64,000 nucleotides of DNA, taken from assembly GCF_009834535.1 (NCBI RefSeq), contig NC_045706.1, positions 1,798,001-1,862,000 of the forward strand, given 5' to 3'. The notes under the pieces were generated by a model that saw nothing but the letters and a program-made list of their open reading frames with translations, was not told the DNA's origin and made no database searches. This DNA is from Camelus ferus (lineage: Eukaryota). Position numbers and translations under genes: made by a program. Shown here piece after piece: positions 58,641 through 64,000 of this stretch (positions within the stretch are counted from its first letter, which is position 1; the number at the start of each line of letters is the position of its first letter).

Positions 58641-61600
58641 AGAAATGGAGGGGACAATGGGACCCTTTGGTGATGCTCAGGAGGAGGGGACTGGGTTGGG
58701 TCCCCAGTGAAAGCTGTGATGAGACTCCTGGTCCCTGATGCTGAGGGACCGTGGAAATGGCGTGTGCAGAAAGGGGAGGCCGTGGGGGGGGGGTGTCTCC
58801 CAGCCGGGCTCTACTTCCCTTTGGCAGCTTCTCCTGCCTTCCTGCTTCTCTGGAGCAGCCCCCAGCTCCTCTGTTGTCCTGATGCCCAGTTTCCTCATTC
58901 TGCCTCCCTTTGGGGCCAAGTCAGGGCCCTTTCTAAGTACCTCCTTCTCTGCAAAGTTCTTCCTCTTGTCTTGGTATCTCTGGTATCAAGAATACAAATC
59001 CACCCACTTATACTAGAGGGTGAATGGCTGCTACTTGACAGTAGTAGAGGTCATTGGTTTTTGTCTATAGATTGTTTATTATCTCTAATAAATTGCTTGG
59101 TGGTGGCGTCCCAGCCAGCCTGGCCAGGCAACGTGAATCCGCTCTGGCGGCAGAAAAGCTGAGATCCTGGCAGTGTCCCCGAGGGGCAGGGAAGGCGGTC
59201 CCCTGCACCCACGGCCCCTCCTGCCCTGGCTCTAAGTCTGCACTGGTGGACGCTTGGGCCGTGTTCACAGTGACCTTCAGGCAGTGGACCTGTGGGGCTG
59301 GAAGAGTGGAGGCACCCCCTGCACAGCCGGGCTGTCTTCAGGGAACACCCCAGCCTCAGGCGTGGGAGCCCAACCACAGCAGCGCCCTGACCGCGCCTCC
59401 AGCGTCCTGCCTGCTCTTCCCCTGGGGTGGACCTGCCCCTCTGCCTTCTCCGCGACATGGCAGTGCTTGCACAGAGGACACGTGGCTGGGCCCTGTCTCA
59501 GGTTCAAGGAGGACAGTGATCGTCGAGGCTTTGAGGAGTGGTGGCCAGAGGGTGCTCTGACCAGGTGTCCAGACGGCACCGAGCCTGTGAACGTCCCGCC
59601 TCCGGGGAGAGGTCAGCCCTCTGTCCACGGTGACGGGTGGCGGGGGGTGGGCGCTCACAGCGAGTGGAGTTGCTTTCTCTAACACGCAGCCCCCGGGGCC
59701 CGCGGCTGCCGGAGTCAGGGGTTGTCTCCAAGCGGGAGCTGCCGGTGGGGAGCCGACCGGGAGCCCCTACGTCCCGGCCTCCGCCCAGGGCCCGGCCATG
59801 GGTTTGCTTTGTTTGTTACTAATTTACACTGTATTCTGAACGCCATATGGCTTTCGTGTATCCATTAGCGTTTCATCCGTTAATTTTACCCTGTGACTTT
59901 GTCCTCTGCAGTGTAAGTTCCGTGAATGGGGCTCTTTACCTACTGACACCCCAGTGGGGCTAGCAAAACGGGGCGCAGCCAGTGGTCGGGGAGACTAGCT
60001 TCATCCGCCGGTTCAGTGTGTCCGCTGCGTACCGCCCGGGCCAGGCTGCCTCCTGCAGGGCCAAGAGCGGTGCCGGGGACCCAGTAAGTTCTCAGAGTTT
60101 ATGTTTAATGGAAGAGCAGGAGGTAAATGAACCTCTACTCAGGCTGGCATCTTCCCCTGCCCTGCCGTTGGCACAGGTAAGGAGGCCTCATCGTAAGGCC
60201 AGGGTGCAGAGCCCCTCCCTCCAGGTGGGAGGCTTGGTCATTCATTAAAGCTAAAGATGAGGTGGTGCATTTGGCATCCTTACCAAAGTCACAGTTATGT
60301 GCAGCCTCTGACCAAGCTGCTCCCTCACGAGACTGACCTTCAGGAAAGTCCCTGAGATGCCAAGTCAGTGTGTGCAGGGCTGAGCGTGGCAGTAAGACTT
60401 GGCACACCAAAGCGCTGGGGAAAACGTCTCGGCCATCCACACGGGAGGTTAAACAGACGTGGCCCGCCCTTGCAATGGACGGCGTGATCCGTTAGAAAGG
60501 CCCGTGTGTGCTTTGCTCTCCTGAATCTCAGAGGTACAGTGTTACATTCGTAAAAGTTTAAATTGATTTTCTTAAAAAATACACAATTACGTCTCACTTA
60601 CATGTGCAAAAAGAGTCCAGAGTCAAAGCTATTGAAGCATTTGTGTGAGAGGTCGTTTGAGTTCTTCTATAATAATTGTCCTGGGTGCACGTTAATCATG
60701 TGCCCGTTGCTGAACGTTGGAGTAATGAAATGGAGAAACTCAGCTCTGTTTTGGCCCTGCTGGTTAGGTGCTGGGCTGCCTACAGGTAAACCTGTTTTTG
60801 TGTGTATTTGCCTCTTCTTTCAGACGTTCACGTCTCTCTGGCTGTAGCCTGTATCTTTCCAAAGTGGAGGAAGTACTTGTGCCGGCGAGAGGGAGCTTTT
60901 ATCTCCCTGGAGAAACTTTGAAACCCATTTTCTCGGTGTTCCGCACGGAAACCAGCAGAGCAGGCCCGTGTTCACTGTGTTCTGTTGTACCGGGCGGCTC
61001 TTTGATTACCAGTATTTCAACTCATAAACCCGGCCATCAGTGGAGCTCATTGCATCAGAAACAGCCCGGGAACTTCACAAGCATTCAAAACATGTAAATA
61101 ACACCCCAATTAACCGCCGTGACAGCCAAGCCCTCCATCTTCTTGTCAGAAGCCGGGTACTCCCGGCTCTAATTGGACCCAGGCAGGCGGTGGCGGTGAC
61201 TTCCGGCCTCCCGGTGCGGAGCGTGCGGGGGGGCTCGGCAGAGGAGAGGCTGCCGTTCAGGGGGGAAGAGCACCTTAGATGCAGAGTGCGCGTTCAGCCC
61301 GCCTCCACACCGGTCCCTTCCCGTCCAGGAGGCGGGAGGCTGACTGGGATGGCGTGGGGGTCCGTGTGGACCCTGCAGGCTGCGTCGGGACACCCTCTTA
61401 TTCTTTCCTTCTTTTGACCTGTTCACCCTCAGTGCCCCAAAGCAGGGGAAGGAGTGCTGGCAGGGAGGGCAGCGCCGGCCTGCGTGAGAGCTCCCCGGGA
61501 GAACTGAGCGGCCCAGACACCACCATTCAGCGCAGTTTTGCGGGTGATGGATAGTGAGGGGGCCGGTGGGAAGTTGGGAAGTTGAAGACCCCAGGGAGAA

Positions 61601-62834
61601 CCAGGGAGACCCTGGTCAGCCACAGGGGCGGATACCTCAGGGATTGGCTGCAGGAGAGGTTCGCGGCCACCCGCTTGCGAACCTGCCCTCCTCACAAGCA
61701 CAGGGAGGGACAGGGTGGGTGGGGACGGGGTCAGTGATGAGTGAGGCCAGCAGGTTCAATAGCAGCAGAGCAGAGCGCCGGGTGGGGTGCCCCCTGTTGG
61801 ACCGCTTGGACGTCCATTGTGATGTTCTGGACGATGGGAGGGTCCAGGACAGCTGTGGGTGAGCTGGGACCCTGCCTTGGAGGTCAAGTCACCCCAGCAA
61901 ATATCTGCTACTCCGCAAATCACTCCTTCCTTCAGCAGGCCCTCCCAGCCTAGAGATGGGAGGGGTGGGCAGTGACAGTAAACTTGATCTATGTGCCCAC
62001 CGTCACCGTGGTCACTGTCTTTGGTGTCAAAGTCTCAGTCCTTCATCCAGCTTGCAGCCTGGGCTTCTCTGTTACCCTTGGAGTCGCCATGTGTGTCGCC
62101 TCTGGGGGACTTGCCTCTGGTCACAAGGGCCAGGGCTGTGTGTCGGCGGGGAGCGAGGGCAGGGCTGGGAGGGAAAGGACCCTGCAGGGTAGAAGGCCGC
62201 TGACCTGCGGGCTGGTGGTGTGGGTTACAGATCTGGTGGCTGGTGGCAGCTCCCTGAGGTTCGGCTCCCGTCCCTGCTTCCGACTCTTCGAAGGGTCTCA
62301 AATAAACATCACCCAGCGTTGTTCTAACAGCCATCCTGTGGGGACGATGAAGGCGTTATCTTTGTCCCTGTGAGACACGTGAGAAAAGGCAAAAGCCAGC
62401 CAATGAGCACCAAGGATGCTGACAGCATCTCAGTGTGCGTGCAGCACCCGGAGCAGAGGCGCGTCCGAGTCCAGAGCTTCCGTGCCGCGGCCCCTCCACC
62501 TGACCACACACCGGGTGCCCAAGGACGGAGGTCTTCCTGCTGACCACATCCAGCCCACAGCCACCTGCAGCCTGTCTGCACCCTTAGGAAGGTTAGGGGA
62601 GATCAGTTCTCTTTTTCTTTCTGGAATGTTCTAGATCTATGCTTATCACCAGTGCTCCAAAATCTCACTTCGACGGGTCAAGGTGGAACTCCGTTGCCAG
62701 TAAACCTGAAGCCTGGTCTCCGGAGCCGTCAGAAATCCTCCCCCAGCATTCTCTGTTCTCTTTCTGGTTCTTCCGTTAATTCGATGTTCAGCTTCCTAAA
62801 TTACTTTTCTCTCTCTGTTTCCTACTTTTTCTCT

Positions 62835-64000
62835 CTTTTTGATCAAAAAAAAATTTATAGAACATAAAATCAATGATTTTAAAGTGAACAATTCAGTGGT
62901 ATTTGGTGTCTTCACAAGGATGGGGAGCTGCCCCTTCTAATTCCAAAACATTTTTACCACCAGAAAAGAAGACTCTTGTCCATTAATCAGTTACTCTGCA
63001 CCCCTCGCCGTCCCCCAGCCCCAAAGCCACCCGTCTGTGCTCTGTCCTAATCTGGAAATTCCGTATGAATGAAATCAGGGAAGGCGACCTTGTGCCCGGC
63101 TTCTGTCACTTAGCACACGGCTTAAGGCGCGTCCACGTTGCAGCCGGTGCCAGGACTTCACTGCTGTTTGTGGCTGGAGAACAGCCCGCTGTACGGATAG
63201 GCCATGTCTTGTTTACCCAACCTCCCGCTGCTAGCGTCTTGTGTCGATCCCACCCCTTGGCTGTTGTGGCTCGTGCTACTGTGTGCATTTGTCTGTAAGC
63301 ATCTGCTGAGTACCTGTTTTCAATTTTTTGATTACATGACTAGGAGTGGAATTATTATGTCTTATGTTGATTTTATGCTTAAGGTTTTGAGGAACCACCA
63401 CCCTGTTTTCCACAGCAGCTACACCATCCTGCATTCCCACTAGGATGTTCAAAGCTTCCAATTTCTCCAGATCCTCGCCAGCATTATTTTCCTTTCTTTT
63501 TTTTTTTTCAGTTGTTACATTCTAGTGGGTGTGACGTGGTCTCCAGTGGTGCTTTGGGTTTGCACCTCCCTAGCGACTAGTGATGCAGAACCTCTCTCCA
63601 TGTGCGTGTGGGCCGTTTGTGTATCATTTCTGGAGAAACAGCTCGTCAAGTTTTCATTGATTTTTTAACTCAGTTGTCTTTTCTTGTTAAGTTGTAAGAG
63701 TGTCTTACTTTTGGCTACGAAGCCTTTATCAGACACGCGGTTTGGAAATACTTCCTGCCGCTCTGCAAGTCATCCTTTTCACCTTCTTGGTATCGCCCTT
63801 TGATGAAGAAGAGATTTCAGGTTTGGTAAAGGGCAGTTGCTCTGTCTGTCTCTTTGGTTGCTCCCGCTTCTGGTGCCGTATCTAAGAACCCATCGCCAAG
63901 CCCAAGTTCATGCCTCCCTCCCCTAAGGTCTTTATCACCGTCTTCTTCAGTCGGGGGTGTTGCCTTGTATTTTCTTTCAAATCTCCACTCATTTTCTCTA
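62835..64000 (-). mobile_element. L1MB-like LINE-1 fragment, antisense (3' UTR and end of ORF2), continuing beyond the window
   Basis: ttttaaagtgaacaattcagtggtatttggt, ttgaggaaccaccaccctgttttccacagcagctacaccatcctgcattcccac, ttctagtgggtgtgacgtggtctc, gaagcctttatcagacacg. Confidence 0.88.

Larger units (their letters stand above)
2055..64000 (+). other. TCERG1L: Long TCERG1L intron downstream of the exon (next exon not found in window)
   Basis: Begins at the gtaaga donor. I found no segment encoding the recalled next peptide (DTRTERGRVARPPALMLRAQK-like). The orthologous human intron is recalled to be very long. Confidence 0.72.

Noticed and set aside
58725-58790. Possible next TCERG1L exon (reads ...SLMLR...)
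   Set aside because: Only four residues match, the flanks do not resemble RPPALMLRAQKSRDGDK, and there are no suitable splice sites.
1-64000. CRISPR arrays, prokaryotic operons, NUMT, rRNA, or retroviral gag/pol/env or other viral ORFs
   Set aside because: None seen. The tandem repeats lack unique spacers, the LTRs have no adjoining internal sequence, and the context is a mammalian intron.

Overview
GC- and CpG-rich mammalian genomic DNA, most likely camelid (camel/alpaca/llama), judged from two tRNA-derived SINEs resembling the Vic-1-type camelid SINE and camelid/cetartiodactyl-type L1 3' ends. I can support only one coding feature: a 183-nt internal exon on the + strand (1872-2054) encoding [61 protein letters not shown] recognise it as TCERG1L, equivalent to human exon 4. 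The remaining ~62 kb appears to be the following long intron, since I could not find the next exon. It holds decayed L1, HAL1-like, L2, MIR, MaLR/ERVL/ERV1 LTR and MER5-like fragments, several mini/microsatellites, short AT-rich non-repeat islands rich in homeodomain/POU/TALE motifs, and one 197-N assembly gap. The listed ORFs are best explained as chance open frames of GC-rich DNA. I found no previously undescribed gene system. The most notable signals are: strong AT->GC (CpG-creating) decay of repeats, an L1 5' junction carrying an inverted copy of its own target site, G4/i-motif-prone minisatellites, a compound pentamer tract ending in a GC-box array, a PBX/MEIS motif cluster, and two candidate recursive splice sites. 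Repeat family names come from my recall of consensus sequences, not from a database search, and their boundaries are approximate.
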